From: Candidatus Poribacteria bacterium
GTDB lineage: Bacteria; Poribacteria; WGA-4E; PCPOR2b
Direction: 5' to 3'
Assembly: GCA_965198175.1 (NCBI GenBank)
Contig: OZ240245.1
Span: 2,015,278 to 2,079,277 of the forward strand
Length of the DNA stretch: 64,000 bases
Position numbers and translations under genes: made by a program. The notes below the pieces were generated by a model. That model was not told where the DNA came from, searched no databases, and saw only the letters and a list, made by a program, of their open reading frames with translations. Shown piece after piece: positions 38,354 to 48,718 of the stretch (positions within the stretch are counted from its first letter, which is position 1; the number at the start of each line of letters is the position of its first letter).

Positions 38354-39421
38354 TCAATCGACCCATGCCGTCTTCGGGTTCATGATATTGGGGTCATCAT
38401 CCAGCGTGAATCTTTCAGAAGCGCTTAACATCGGATCCTCTTCATCCTCGCCTTCAAGTTCAAACCCCGCATCCTTTACCATCTGGTAAACTTTGTTCTT
38501 GAGGTCCCCCCGAGTTACGAGGTAACCATCGACAAACAGCGAGTTTGCTGGAAAAAGCGCGAGTGACTGGAGTCCGCGTAAGTGCCCTTCACGACCGCCA
38601 CCGATGCGAATCTCGGCAGTTGGATTGACGAATCGAAACATACAAAGAATTCTCAAGCACCGTTCTGGGGTCAACTGCTTGAAGTCGTATATTGGATTTC
38701 CGTGGATGGGAACAAGGAAATTGATGGGGATCGATGGGACTTTCATGCGTCGAAGGACATGGGCAACGTCCAGAATATCTTCATCCGATTCCCCCATGCC
38801 AACAATCATACCGCTACAGGTTTGCAGTCCCGCCTCATTTGCCGCGTTAAGCGTATCGATCCGATCTTGGTAGGTATGTGTACTGACAATTTTGGGTGTG
38901 TGAGTTTCGCTAGTATTCAGGTTGTGATTGAGGCGGTCTAGCCCAGCAGCTTTGAGCATTTTCGCTTTTTCTAAATCGACAATTCCGACTGAAAGACAGG
39001 TCTTGATTCCAACCTCATCATTGATGCGCTTGATAATTCGAGCAAGCTGCTTAGATTTTTTCTGGGTTGGCCCACGACCACCGGACACCATGCAGTAGCG
39101 GTAGACACCGCTCGCTTTAGCATCATGTGCCTCCTGGACAATCTCATCTTCGTCCTTCATTGGGTATCGCTTAATTGGCGCCTTGGATACTTTTGATTGA
39201 CCGCAATACCCGCAATCTTCGGGACAGAGTCCATTTTGGATGTTATTGATTTTGTGAATTTTGACCTTTTTCCCAAAAGTCGCCATACGGACATCGCCCG
39301 CGGCGGTTGCCATGCGCAGGATATCGACACGCGGATTCGTCAGCATCGTTACGGTGTCCACCCGTGAAAATTCATCGCCACGAAGAGCGGTTTGTGCCCA
39401 TCTTTCATAGTCAATGCTCAT
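38354..39421 (-). CDS. bioB: biotin synthase
   Basis: CPEDCGYCGQS, LNHNLNTS, CSGMIVGMGE, IPINFL, EIRIGGGRE and NSLF motifs. Confidence 0.92.
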   Translation of the reverse strand: MSIDYERWAQTALRGDEFSRVDTVTMLTNPRVDILRMATAAGDVRMATFGKKVKIHKINNIQNGLCPEDCGYCGQSKVSKAPIKRYPMKDEDEIVQEAHDAKASGVYRYCMVSGGRGPTQKKSKQLARIIKRINDEVGIKTCLSVGIVDLEKAKMLKAAGLDRLNHNLNTSETHTPKIVSTHTYQDRIDTLNAANEAGLQTCSGMIVGMGESDEDILDVAHVLRRMKVPSIPINFLVPIHGNPIYDFKQLTPERCLRILCMFRFVNPTAEIRIGGGREGHLRGLQSLALFPANSLFVDGYLVTRGDLKNKVYQMVKDAGFELEGEDEEDPMLSASERFTLDDDPNIMNPKTAWVD

Positions 39422-39464
39422 AATATGAGTCTCCTAGCCTCGCCGGAATTCGATGCAATTGATA

Positions 39465-39493
39465 ATTTTATCATGTATTTCAGATGTGAGCAA
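39465..39493 (-). promoter_or_regulatory. putative sigma70 promoter of bioB
   Basis: TTGCTC-17 bp-TAAAAT with extended TG. Confidence 0.55.
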
Positions 39494-39774
39494 GCGATAA
39501 AACGCCCGAGCCTGTAATTGAGCGAATGGGGCACATCAATAAACGATTGTAGAAGTAGGGTGGAGCCAAAAAGAAAAGGACAGAGAGGTCAAGCATTACA
39601 CATACGTATTGCATCTTAGCACCGAGAAAAAAATTGTCAGTCTTCATAGAGTCATGTTAGAATATAAACGTGCTCGAATACACGTGAACCAAGCTACTCA
39701 GCCGTTATTTCATGATCGAAACTGAAGGAGCACAGCCGTAAAGAAACCGCTCAAATAATCTTTGGAGGGATTCT

Positions 39775-40833
39775 ATGTATAAAATTGGCTTAATTCCCGG
39801 CGACGGGATTGGTCCCGAAATTACGCGAGAAGCCATGAAGGTCGTCGGGGCAGCAGCCGAAAAAACTAACTTCAAGTACGAAACCGTTGAATACGACTTT
39901 GGCGGCGATCGCTATCTTGAGACGGGTGAAGTTTTACCGGACGCCGCGCTCAATGAGTTTCGAGGGTTGGATGCAATCTTCTTGGGAGCGATAGGACACC
40001 CAGATGTTAAGCCGGGGATTTTGGAGAAAGGAATCTTATTAAGAACCCGTTTTGAATTAGATCTGTATATCAACCTGCGTCCTGTAAAGCTGTATCCCGG
40101 CGTGTGGACACCTATTAAGGACAAGGGGCCGGAGGATATCGAGTTTGTCATCGTCCGTGAGAACACGGAAGGCTTATACGTTGGAGGGGGCGGCTTCTTG
40201 AAGCGTGGAACGTCTGATGAAGTGGCGATTCAGGAGCTCATCGCCACCCGCAAAGGAACAGAGCGCTGCATCCGCTACGCTTTTGAGTTGGCGCGGAAAA
40301 GGAACAAAGCGAAGAAGCTGACCTCGTGCGATAAGGCAAATGTGCTCACCTATGCGCACGATCTCTGGCGGCGCGTATTTGAAGAAGTTGCCGCGGAATA
40401 TCCCGACATTGAGACAGAATATGCCTTCGTCGATGCGACAACGATGTGGATGGTGAAAAACCCCGAATGGTTCGATGTCATTGTGACTTGCAACATGTTC
40501 GGTGACATTATCACCGACCTCGGTGCGATGATTCAAGGCGGTATGGGCGTTGCCGCATCCGGGAATCTCCATCCTGGTAACATAGCAATGTTTGAACCGA
40601 TTCACGGATCCGCCCCGCGGTACACCAACAAGAACCAAATCAACCCCATCGCAGCGATTCTCGCGGCGGGCATGATGCTTGAATACCTGGGTCAAACCGA
40701 GGCGGCTGGTTTAGTAGATCAGTCGGTAAGTGACCTTCTCGGCAGTAAGAAACTTCGAGATCTCGCCGCCGGAAAAATGGGATATACAACCTCCCAAGTC
40801 GGTGATATGATTGCCGAATCCGTGTCGGCATGA
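39775..40833 (+). CDS. leuB: 3-isopropylmalate dehydrogenase (isocitrate/isopropylmalate dehydrogenase family)
   Basis: [33 protein letters not shown] and EPIHGSAP. Confidence 0.8.
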   Translation: MYKIGLIPGDGIGPEITREAMKVVGAAAEKTNFKYETVEYDFGGDRYLETGEVLPDAALNEFRGLDAIFLGAIGHPDVKPGILEKGILLRTRFELDLYINLRPVKLYPGVWTPIKDKGPEDIEFVIVRENTEGLYVGGGGFLKRGTSDEVAIQELIATRKGTERCIRYAFELARKRNKAKKLTSCDKANVLTYAHDLWRRVFEEVAAEYPDIETEYAFVDATTMWMVKNPEWFDVIVTCNMFGDIITDLGAMIQGGMGVAASGNLHPGNIAMFEPIHGSAPRYTNKNQINPIAAILAAGMMLEYLGQTEAAGLVDQSVSDLLGSKKLRDLAAGKMGYTTSQVGDMIAESVSA

Positions 40834-40904
40834 AACGTGACGCTGTGAACAGGGGAAGATAGAACAGATTCTCATCGCGCTCAAGTTCAGCAAGAGATTC
40901 CCTC

Positions 40905-41858
40905 ATGAAGAAACCTTACTACCTCTGCTGTTTCATTCTCATTACCCTTTGGTCGCCCATAACACACGGAAATACCGGCAAACCGTGGAACACGCTAGAA
41001 ACGACACACTTCCGAACCTACTATCAATCCCATGCAAAATCAGCGCAAGAGGTTGCCGACATTGCCGAAAACTTCTACTCGCAACTAGGTCGCTTGATGA
41101 ACGGGATGGTGATAGACAAAATCGAGATTTGGATCTGCGATACAGAAGCGCAGTTTCAGTCGGCTGTGCATGCCCCAATCCATGACTGGGCAATCGGTTG
41201 CGCCTTCCCATTGAGCCGCCGTATTGTCATCCAGAACCCGCGTGTTATCATTGAACGAAAGTTCCAATTGTCACAGATCGTTCGCCATGAAATTGTCCAC
41301 GTTGTTTTTGGACAGCGCACGCAAAAGATAATGGAAGCCATTCCCTTGTGGTTTGTAGAGGGAATTGCGATGTATCTATCCGACGAATGGGCGCCTCATC
41401 ACCACGACCTCTTGCTCAAACACATCTTCTCAAACTCGATTATCTCACTTACGGATCTCGTTGCGGAATTTCCTCGGTCAGAAACCCACGCTCAACTTGC
41501 GTACGCGGAAAGCTTGAATGCCGTTGCGTGGCTCGTGGAACTTGGGGGAATCGACAAGTTGTGGGAAATCATCGCTCGACTTGAAGGCGGCGAAGATTTA
41601 AACACCGCTTACGAACAAACCATCGGTTGGAACCTCATAACATTTGATACAGAATGGCGCGCATCGCTTCCCCAGCGCTATCACCGAGCAGCGATATTTG
41701 CCAACCCATATATCCTTTGGGGCGTCATTACGACGGTATTCGTTCTGATTTTTCTATACCGCCGGCAGCAGTTGCGAAAACGACTTGTTGAACTCAATAG
41801 GCAAGAGTCGCAGATTGATCCGTTTTTTAGGTCAGATGGAACTCCCGCAAAGGACTGA
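40905..41858 (+). CDS. peptidase MA family metalloprotease (gluzincin-like), secreted with a C-terminal TM
   Basis: Signal peptide, HEIVH zinc motif, WFVEGIA. Confidence 0.8.
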   Translation: MKKPYYLCCFILITLWSPITHGNTGKPWNTLETTHFRTYYQSHAKSAQEVADIAENFYSQLGRLMNGMVIDKIEIWICDTEAQFQSAVHAPIHDWAIGCAFPLSRRIVIQNPRVIIERKFQLSQIVRHEIVHVVFGQRTQKIMEAIPLWFVEGIAMYLSDEWAPHHHDLLLKHIFSNSIISLTDLVAEFPRSETHAQLAYAESLNAVAWLVELGGIDKLWEIIARLEGGEDLNTAYEQTIGWNLITFDTEWRASLPQRYHRAAIFANPYILWGVITTVFVLIFLYRRQQLRKRLVELNRQESQIDPFFRSDGTPAKD

Positions 41859-41912
41859 AACACAGTCCTATACGGGTAAAACAGCCCAACCTCACCCCAC
41901 AGTCCCAAGATT

Positions 41913-41942
41913 CCCCCTTTGGCAAGGGGGAGTTAGAGGGGG
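41913..41942. repeat. short dispersed repeat of CCCCCTT-nnn-AAGGGGG-x-GGGG type
   Basis: CCCCCTTTGGCAAGGGGGAGTTAGAGGGGG. Confidence 0.5.
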
Positions 41943-42099
41943 TATACTACACCTTTCCCACGGTAGGTCATGGCAATTCACGAGGATTCTCAAGTTGAGG
42001 CTCTTGCCGTTCAATGCACAAAAAGAGCCAGTTTTCATGTCGAATGCTGGCTAGCGGTAAAAGTCAGACAAACGTTCCGCGTTCGAGAGCGTTATCGGA

Positions 42100-42561
42100 T
42101 TACCTCGACTCGAAGAAGCCGATTAAATCCTCGCCGTGCGCATTCGCGTTTACCTGCTTATCATGCTTGATTATCTTTCCAGCTTTATCAATGACGACCG
42201 TCATGCGGCTACTCATGCCATCCGGCTGGTCAGTAGCGCCGAATAGCAAGCTGAATGAGCGGTCCGTGTCTACAAGAAGCGGAAAGTTCAGGTCGTACTG
42301 TTCCGCAAACTTTTTGTGGCTTTCAGCGTCCTGTACACTAACACCGAAAACTTGTACATCGTGCGCTGCAAATTGGCTCGACTCATCCCGGAGCGAGCAA
42401 ACCTCCGCCGTTCAGCCACTGGTAAAGTCTTTGGGATAAAACGCCAGAACGACGTTTTTCTTCCCGACGTAATCGCGCAGGCGATGGACAACGCCATCCG
42501 CATCTTCTATCTCTAAATCCGGCGCATCCATACCAACTTCCAACGATCTAAAGTCCGTCAT
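42100..42561 (-). CDS. selenocysteine-containing peroxiredoxin (BCP/PrxQ), 153 aa, copy 2
   Basis: ATG 42561 after CAGGAG; in-frame TGA at 42412-42414 in FTSG-U-TAEVC; same 462-bp length as copy 1. Confidence 0.9.
42376..42398 (-). promoter_or_regulatory. bacterial SECIS-like hairpin (identical to copy 1)
   Basis: Reverse complement of GCTCGCTCCGGGATGAGTCGAGC. Confidence 0.7.
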
Positions 42562-42757
42562 CTGTTTCTCCTGTGTGATTGCTGCATTAGGTTACGCTGA
42601 ATATCCCGATGTCACAACGGCAAGGAAGGGTGGAACCCGTAACATAATGACCCCCACCAATCTCCACCGCTCGCTTGGCGTATGCCGATAGGTGTAGCGA
42701 GATGATTTTTGGGATAAGTGCATTTTGGGATCCCATTGTAAGGACCGTTATGCCTTA

Positions 42758-43301
42758 CTAAGGGCAGGTATCTCTAGTCAGCAAGTGCGAATGGCTTTTT
42801 GTAATATACACTTTACCTCCAACAAAATTGCGATCCTTAAAGTCTTTCTGCAATTCTGGGTCGGCACCCCTTGGTCTTCTTCTTCCTCTACTCGGTATGC
42901 CGGGCAGGCGTTGGACAGCTAATACTTTCACACTCGCAATCATAGCCAATGCGATAATGTGTGGATCGTCGGACATAAGTTCACCTGTTTGCTCTAATGC
43001 ATCCGCTTTTGCTGGCACATCTTCAGCCGGCAGCAATTTGAATTTACCCATCCTTTGCAGTATCATCATTACTTGCTCCCAGCCCATTCTAATGGAGGAG
43101 GATGGACTTGCGCCTGGATATAGCAGTTTTATCATCAACTCGTACCCCCCCTCCTGCTTCCCATTCACTCCTAAATTTCTCGGTGGAAGAATAGACGATT
43201 TTGCCGTTTTCGCTCTCCAACCAATTCCGCACAGGTTCCATATCTTCATCAGTTGTGTTCCTGAAATTACTGAAACTATTGACATCCCAAATAATCCACA
43301 T
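42758..43301 (-). pseudogene. PIN-domain gene, frameshifted copy
   Basis: MWIIWDVN... and ...SDDPHII...SHSHLLTRDTCP lie in different frames, joined by removing one G from the G7 run (43145-43151). Confidence 0.8.
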
Positions 43302-43304
43302 TGC

Positions 43305-44437
43305 TTAATCCTCAAAACCCATGAGCCGCTTGGTTTCTTTCAGGAAAAATTCTCTGTGATGAGGCGGCACTTCCTCCATATTACCCATCGTATCGAAACT
43401 GATATTATGCACCTTGACAACATTCCCTTTTGGCTCCAAATATATCAGCGACACATCTTCGGGGCGGATGGTGCGATTCCTGATTTCAATGCGTGCGCGG
43501 TCAATCATATAGTCACTGTGCGTTTCAACAATAAACGACTGCCCACTCCGACCCCGGCTTGCCGGCGTAGCTAGTAAAGAGGAAAGTTCCGCCTGCGCCC
43601 CTCGGATGCAGATGGACTTCAGGCTGTTGTAATAGGAAGATGGGAATTCTTCCGCTTCTATAAATGCGCCGACGAGAGACAAGCTGATCGAAGACATTCA
43701 CTAAAATTGGCAAAATTTGACTGACACCATAGCCTACATCAATGACATTGGAGTTTGGTCCCCTTACCTTGACTGTCAGTTTGAATGGGTCGCCCATAGC
43801 CCCACCGAAGTTTCTAACGTCAATGTTGTGAAATAGCCCCGCACTCTTACCAAATTCGACTAACCTTGCTTTTAAAGCTTCCCATTTGTCTTTATTCGTC
43901 GCCTTTATCCGCATTAACCGTATCGGTATATCGCTCCCCTCAGGGCCATCAAATTCCCTCATTTGGTCATACGTCCGTTTCGGTTGAGAACGAATCGGTG
44001 ACATACTAAATACGGGACTTCCTCCCCACTCCCATGAATCTCCCAAACCTCCCTGCTTTTCCTGTAAATAGTTTGCTAATGCATTTTCTTCCTCATAACC
44101 CCGTTCTCCTCTATGACGAAAACGATCCAAAAAAAAAGAGGGAGAATTGCTATCCAAAATAGCAGAATTAACACCTATACTATACTGATCCTGTTCCTTA
44201 TCTACAGTACGTGTAAGGCATACCCCCTTTCCCTGCATCGTCAGCACTTAAAACGATTTCACCGTCAGTGTATTTCAGCGTCACTGACCTAACAGAGGGT
44301 TCAACCCCTCCCTTTTTTTCAACGAATTCAACTATCCATTCACCATCTCTCTTATTCTTGCCGCCAAAGGTACACCCAAGCCTAAACCCTTTCTCTTTTT
44401 TTATGCTGTTCCTGACAATACCCTTAAAGTTTCCCAT
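43305..44437 (-). pseudogene. ABC/AAA_21 ATPase, truncated and frameshifted copy
   Basis: Lacks the first 63 codons including Walker A; +1 insertions near 44203 and in the G4 run at 43598-43601. Confidence 0.88.
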
Positions 44438-44439
44438 TA

Positions 44440-45421
44440 GACATCTTTCCAAAATAGATTTGTGTAGTTATAGTAATCTTGGAGCATAGAATAACTATGG
44501 CGTTTGGCAGCTTGTCGAGGAGTGTCTCAAGTTAACAATTGCGGCAATCACATTCCATGTTTTCCCATAGTTGCGATGTTTGCCTCGATAGATGTCTTTG
44601 GTGATGCGAAAAATCTTACACCGTCTGACGATATGCTCAATGGCAACCCTTTGTGTTGCCAACCGTCGGTTGAATTGCTTCGCCTCCTGAGTCAAGGGCT
44701 TGCTCCGACATTTCTTGATGGGCGTCGAACTGTTGGCATACCGTTTGGCTATGCCCTGATAACCACTATCAGCCAACTTCTCAGTATCGGGGGAAATCGC
44801 CAGACGGCTTTCCTCTAGAATTCTGTAATCGTGAACGCTCCCTTTGCGGCAGATAACCGACAATAGTTCTAACAACGCCAAACACGCAATCAATTGAACT
44901 TTTATGGGTTTTTTTTACCGCTGTAGTAAGCACGCTGTCCTTTTGTTGGACGTTCAATGGGTTGCTCGGTGGCATCAATGACGATTGTTTGGAGATTGCC
45001 CGCTAACAAGTGCTTTCGATTCTTTATCGAAAACACGTTTACTAACACATCAAGTATCTGATGATAGATTTTATTTGCATAAGACTCACTGATACCGAAC
45101 TCCGAGCCTAACCTGGCAAAGGTTGGATAGTGACGCAAATAGGTGAATGTCAATAGAAGGCGGTCAATCAATGGCAGCCCCGATTTCCGTCCTCGCTTCT
45201 TCATCGGCTGTTCATCTCGAAGACTTTCGATATGAACAGCGACACGCTCCAAAATAAGGTTGAAAGTTGCCTTGTCTACACCAACGGCTCGCAGAAATTG
45301 CTCATCTGACAACTCTACTGCTTTTTCAAATTGACTCATGGTTATCCTTTCTACAATAGAAGATGTTTGAAAGGAATAACCTAAAATCATAACAAACGGA
45401 TACTTATTTTGGAAAGATGTC
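44440..45421 (-). mobile_element. IS5-family (ISL2/IS702-like) insertion sequence, 982 bp
   Basis: Perfect 17-bp terminal inverted repeats GACATCTTTCCAAAATA, flanked by TA on both sides; DDE_Tnp_4-type transposase. Confidence 0.85.
44495..45339 (-). CDS. IS5-family transposase split by a -1 frameshift at an A8 run
   Basis: HTH region, IDATE, YSGKK then (-1 frame) KVQL, ADSGY, RVAIEH; slippery GGTAAAAAAAAC near 44909-44919. Confidence 0.82.
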
Positions 45422-45452
45422 TAGTCTGTAAAACCTGAAAATTTCTACGCCA

Positions 45453-45482
45453 ATTATATCATTCACGCCATTGCATAGTCAA
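45453..45482 (-). promoter_or_regulatory. sigma70-type promoter reading into the IS
   Basis: TTGACT-18 bp-TATAAT with extended TG, about 30 bp outside the IS end. Confidence 0.6.
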
Positions 45483-45744
45483 ATGAAGGGACCCCGTTTT
45501 TCGCCAATCCCTGCCTACCCAGTCCAAATTTAGATCGCGCTGTTGGTTGTGCTGCATCTAAGATAACAATGTGGCTGCGAGCGCGAACGCTAACCGCTCG
45601 GTACACATTTCATTGACCGTCCGATTCAACTTGCATCACGAAGAAATGTAGGGAAAATACCACAGAAAGAGCAGCCAAGGACACTACTCTATGTAACAAG
45701 GTTCAAACGTCCCAAAAAACTAAAGAAATCGAGTTGCCGACCCC

Positions 45745-46063
45745 GCTCTACCCAACCTACGAATGCTACATCACGAAGAAATATAGGAAAATCTTACGGA
45801 AAGCGCAGCAAATCACAACTTGTTTTGTTGCAAACTCAAAACGTCGCTTTCCTCGCGACGAATTCCCCCTTTTTTTATAGACTGTAAAAACTGTAATTTT
45901 ACTGACCCAAATATATCATTCACGCCATGAAGTTCTTGTAGGTTGGGTTGAGATTAACTGAGCGATCAAACGAGCGAATAGATCAAGCGACTGGATAAGG
46001 AGCGCGATAGCGATTTTAGGCGATAGTTTTTTCCGCTCATCAATACCGCTCCACCCAACCTGC
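45745..46063. repeat. cluster of REP-like GTAGGTTGGG elements
   Basis: GCTCTACCCAACCTAC (45745), GTAGGTTGGGTTGAG (45938) and GCTCCACCCAACCTGC (46048); the last two form an inverted pair. Confidence 0.65.
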
Positions 46064-46107
46064 CGTCACTGCGTTCTTGAGTGAGATTGAGGACTGCAAA
46101 TAAACGC

Positions 46108-46136
46108 TTGCAATCTGGTGTGGGATCGAATACAAT
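46108..46136 (+). promoter_or_regulatory. putative sigma70 promoter of the NCS2 permease
   Basis: TTGCAA-17 bp-TACAAT. Confidence 0.55.
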
Positions 46137-46220
46137 TTAGGGCATTCGCAAGGTGATTTTTTTGGCGAGATGTAAACCCCTAGCCTTGTGAGAGGGGATT
46201 TCTACTTCAGAAGGCGATTC

Positions 46221-47549
46221 ATGATTGAAAAATTATTCCAGTTACGTGCATCGGGGACGACTTTGAAACGCGAAATTGTCGCAGGTTGTACGACGTTCAT
46301 GACACTTTCGTATATTATCTTCGTTCAACCGGCGGTGCTGTCAGCGGCGGGAATGGATTCCGGCGCAGTGATGGCGGCGACGTGTATTACCAGCGCGTTC
46401 GCGATGGTATTGATGGCATTGCTCGCTAATTATCCAATCGCGCTTGCGCCTGGGATGGGGCATAACTTCTATTTCACTTTCACAGTCTGTCTTACGCTCG
46501 GAATATCGTGGCAAATCGCGCTCGGTGCGGTCTTTATTGCAGGGGTATTGTTTGTCCTGCTCTCCTTTGTCGGGTTGCGCGAAAAGGTAATGGGCATTCT
46601 GCCGGTTTCGTTGAGGAACGCCATTCCCGCTGGGATTGGGTTGCTGATTGCCCTTGTAGGTTTGGAGTGGGCAGGTCTTATCGTTGACAGCCCGGCGACG
46701 TATGTCATGCTCGGCGATTTGAAATCGGCGCCCGCGCTGCTCTCGGTGTTCGGTCTGGTCGTGATTGCGATTCTCTTCGCTCTGAATGTACGCGGCGCAA
46801 TCTTGATCGGCATTCTGGCTTCGACGGTTGCCGGACTCATCTTCGGGCTGGTAAAGTTCGAGGGAGTTGTTTCCGCACCGCCTTCGATTGCTCCCACCTT
46901 CTTCAAGCTTCAGATTCCGAACATTTTTGTGGCCCCGGAGCTGATTGCGATTATTGTCATGTTCATCTTTCTGGATCTGTTCGATACGGTTGGAACGCTG
47001 GTCGGAGTCGGGCAACAAGCCGGTTTGATGGTCGACGGGAAGCTGCCGAGGGCGCGGCAGGCGCTGTTTACAGATGCGGTTGCGACCAGCACGGGCGCAC
47101 TGCTCGGCACCTCAACGGTTACCAGTTACATTGAGAGCGCATCGGGAATTTCCGCAGGGGGGCGCACCGGCTTGACGAACATCGTTACGGCAATCCTGAT
47201 GCTGCTTGCGTTATTCTTTAGTCCACTGATAAAGATGGTTGGGGCCGGATACGCTGGTGGTGAAAATATGACCCTGTATCCTGTGATTGCGCCGGCGCTG
47301 ATTATTATCGGATGCCTGATGCTGAAGAATGTGGTGTCTATCAATTGGGACGATTTCACCGAATCCATCCCCGCATTTCTGACATTGCTGATGATGCCGC
47401 TCACGATAAGTATAACGGAAGGGATTGCGTTCGGGTTCATTTCCTACGCGCTGCTAAAACTTGTCAGCGGTCGTGGTCGGCAGGTGCACTGGTTAATTTA
47501 CCTGTTCGCTGTGCTTTTCGTAGCTCGGTATATCTGGCTCGTCGGTTAG
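46221..47549 (+). CDS. NCS2 family nucleobase permease (AzgA/PbuG-like)
   Basis: NYPIALAPGMG, DLFDTVGT, TSYIESASG and GGRTGL motifs. Confidence 0.92.
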   Translation: MIEKLFQLRASGTTLKREIVAGCTTFMTLSYIIFVQPAVLSAAGMDSGAVMAATCITSAFAMVLMALLANYPIALAPGMGHNFYFTFTVCLTLGISWQIALGAVFIAGVLFVLLSFVGLREKVMGILPVSLRNAIPAGIGLLIALVGLEWAGLIVDSPATYVMLGDLKSAPALLSVFGLVVIAILFALNVRGAILIGILASTVAGLIFGLVKFEGVVSAPPSIAPTFFKLQIPNIFVAPELIAIIVMFIFLDLFDTVGTLVGVGQQAGLMVDGKLPRARQALFTDAVATSTGALLGTSTVTSYIESASGISAGGRTGLTNIVTAILMLLALFFSPLIKMVGAGYAGGENMTLYPVIAPALIIIGCLMLKNVVSINWDDFTESIPAFLTLLMMPLTISITEGIAFGFISYALLKLVSGRGRQVHWLIYLFAVLFVARYIWLVG

Positions 47550-47636
47550 GGTCAGTGGACTCACACAAAATCAGTAGACGCGAGGGGGCGAAACGCAGTA
47601 AAATAACTGAAGTATAGGTCACCGTGGAGGTAACAC

Positions 47637-48590
47637 ATGGTCAGTTTGGGTAGCGGGAGTTTAACGTATGAAGTCTCCGGCGATAATTGGGGCAATATAC
47701 CGGAGGATTGGACGTACAAAGAAGCGACGGCTGTCGCTGTGGACTCCAAGGATAACGTCTATGTATTTAACCGGGGCACTCACCCGATGATTGTGTTTAA
47801 TCCTGAAGGAAATGTGCTGCGAACCTGGGGCGATGGGATATTCACGAATCCACACGGTGTCACCATAGGACCCGACGATTCGGTTTATTGCGTGGACAAC
47901 TTCGATCACACCGTCCGAAAGTTTACACCGGGTGGCAAACTCTTGATGACCCTCGGCGCGGAAAACCAGCATTCGCCTGCGATGAGCGGCATTCCATTTA
48001 ACGAGCCGACGCACCTCGCTGTTGATCCACACACCGCGGATCTCTATGTCGCCGATGGCTACGCAAATGCGCGAGTTCACAAATTTTCTCCCGATGGACG
48101 CCTCCTCTTTTCATGGGGGGAATCCGGTACGGATCCAGGCCAGTTCAATATTGTGCATAACATCGTGACGGACAAAGACGGCTGGGTGTACGTCGCTGAC
48201 CGGGAGAACCACCGAATCCAAGTGTTTGATTCTAACGGAAAGTACGAGGCGCAGTGGGTCAACTTGTCGAGAGCAGCCTGCATTTATGTGGACCATCGTG
48301 ACAATCAGTTGGTTTACGTGGGGGAATACTATGGAGGCATCCAGACAAACGTCGCAGGTAAACACTTGGGACCTCGAGTCTCCATTCTAGACCTCAAGGG
48401 AAATGTGTTGGCACGGGTGAGCGATGTATCGTACGGCGACGAGCGCGGCAGGTTTTATTCGCCCCACGGGATTGCTGCCGACTCCAAAGGGGATATCTAC
48501 GTCGCGGAGGTGTCTTGGAGTGACTATGGCAGTCGCATGCAGCCGCCTCGGGAGCTGCGTTCGCTCCAGAAATTGATTAGGCAGCGTTGA
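47637..48590 (+). CDS. NHL-repeat protein (peptidylglycine alpha-amidating lyase-like)
   Basis: FNRGTHP, YVADGYANARV, GQFNIVH, YVADRENHRIQVF and SPHGIA repeats. Confidence 0.85.
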   Translation: MVSLGSGSLTYEVSGDNWGNIPEDWTYKEATAVAVDSKDNVYVFNRGTHPMIVFNPEGNVLRTWGDGIFTNPHGVTIGPDDSVYCVDNFDHTVRKFTPGGKLLMTLGAENQHSPAMSGIPFNEPTHLAVDPHTADLYVADGYANARVHKFSPDGRLLFSWGESGTDPGQFNIVHNIVTDKDGWVYVADRENHRIQVFDSNGKYEAQWVNLSRAACIYVDHRDNQLVYVGEYYGGIQTNVAGKHLGPRVSILDLKGNVLARVSDVSYGDERGRFYSPHGIAADSKGDIYVAEVSWSDYGSRMQPPRELRSLQKLIRQR

Positions 48591-48718
48591 AGATTTCAAA
48601 ATCCTCGGATGGCTATCCGCTTGTGGTCGCCCGGCTGCCCTGCCGGGAACCAGTGTATCTTGTTGCCATCTGAGCCGCCGGTTCAGCGCATCAATTATGA
48701 GGTTAGGAGGATGGTGCT

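Larger units (their letters stand above)
42016..44437 (-). repeat. copy 2 (inverted) of the ATPase-PIN-peroxiredoxin block
   Basis: Reverse-complement homology to 14944-17240; truncated at the IS boundary. Confidence 0.9.

Noticed and set aside
39421-39775. BirA operator upstream of bioB
   Set aside because: No TGTAAACC-N-GGTTTACA-like palindrome visible.
46064-46220. Purine riboswitch upstream of the NCS2 permease
   Set aside because: The short leader lacks the conserved TATAAT..ATATGG..GTTTCTAC..CCGTAAA core.
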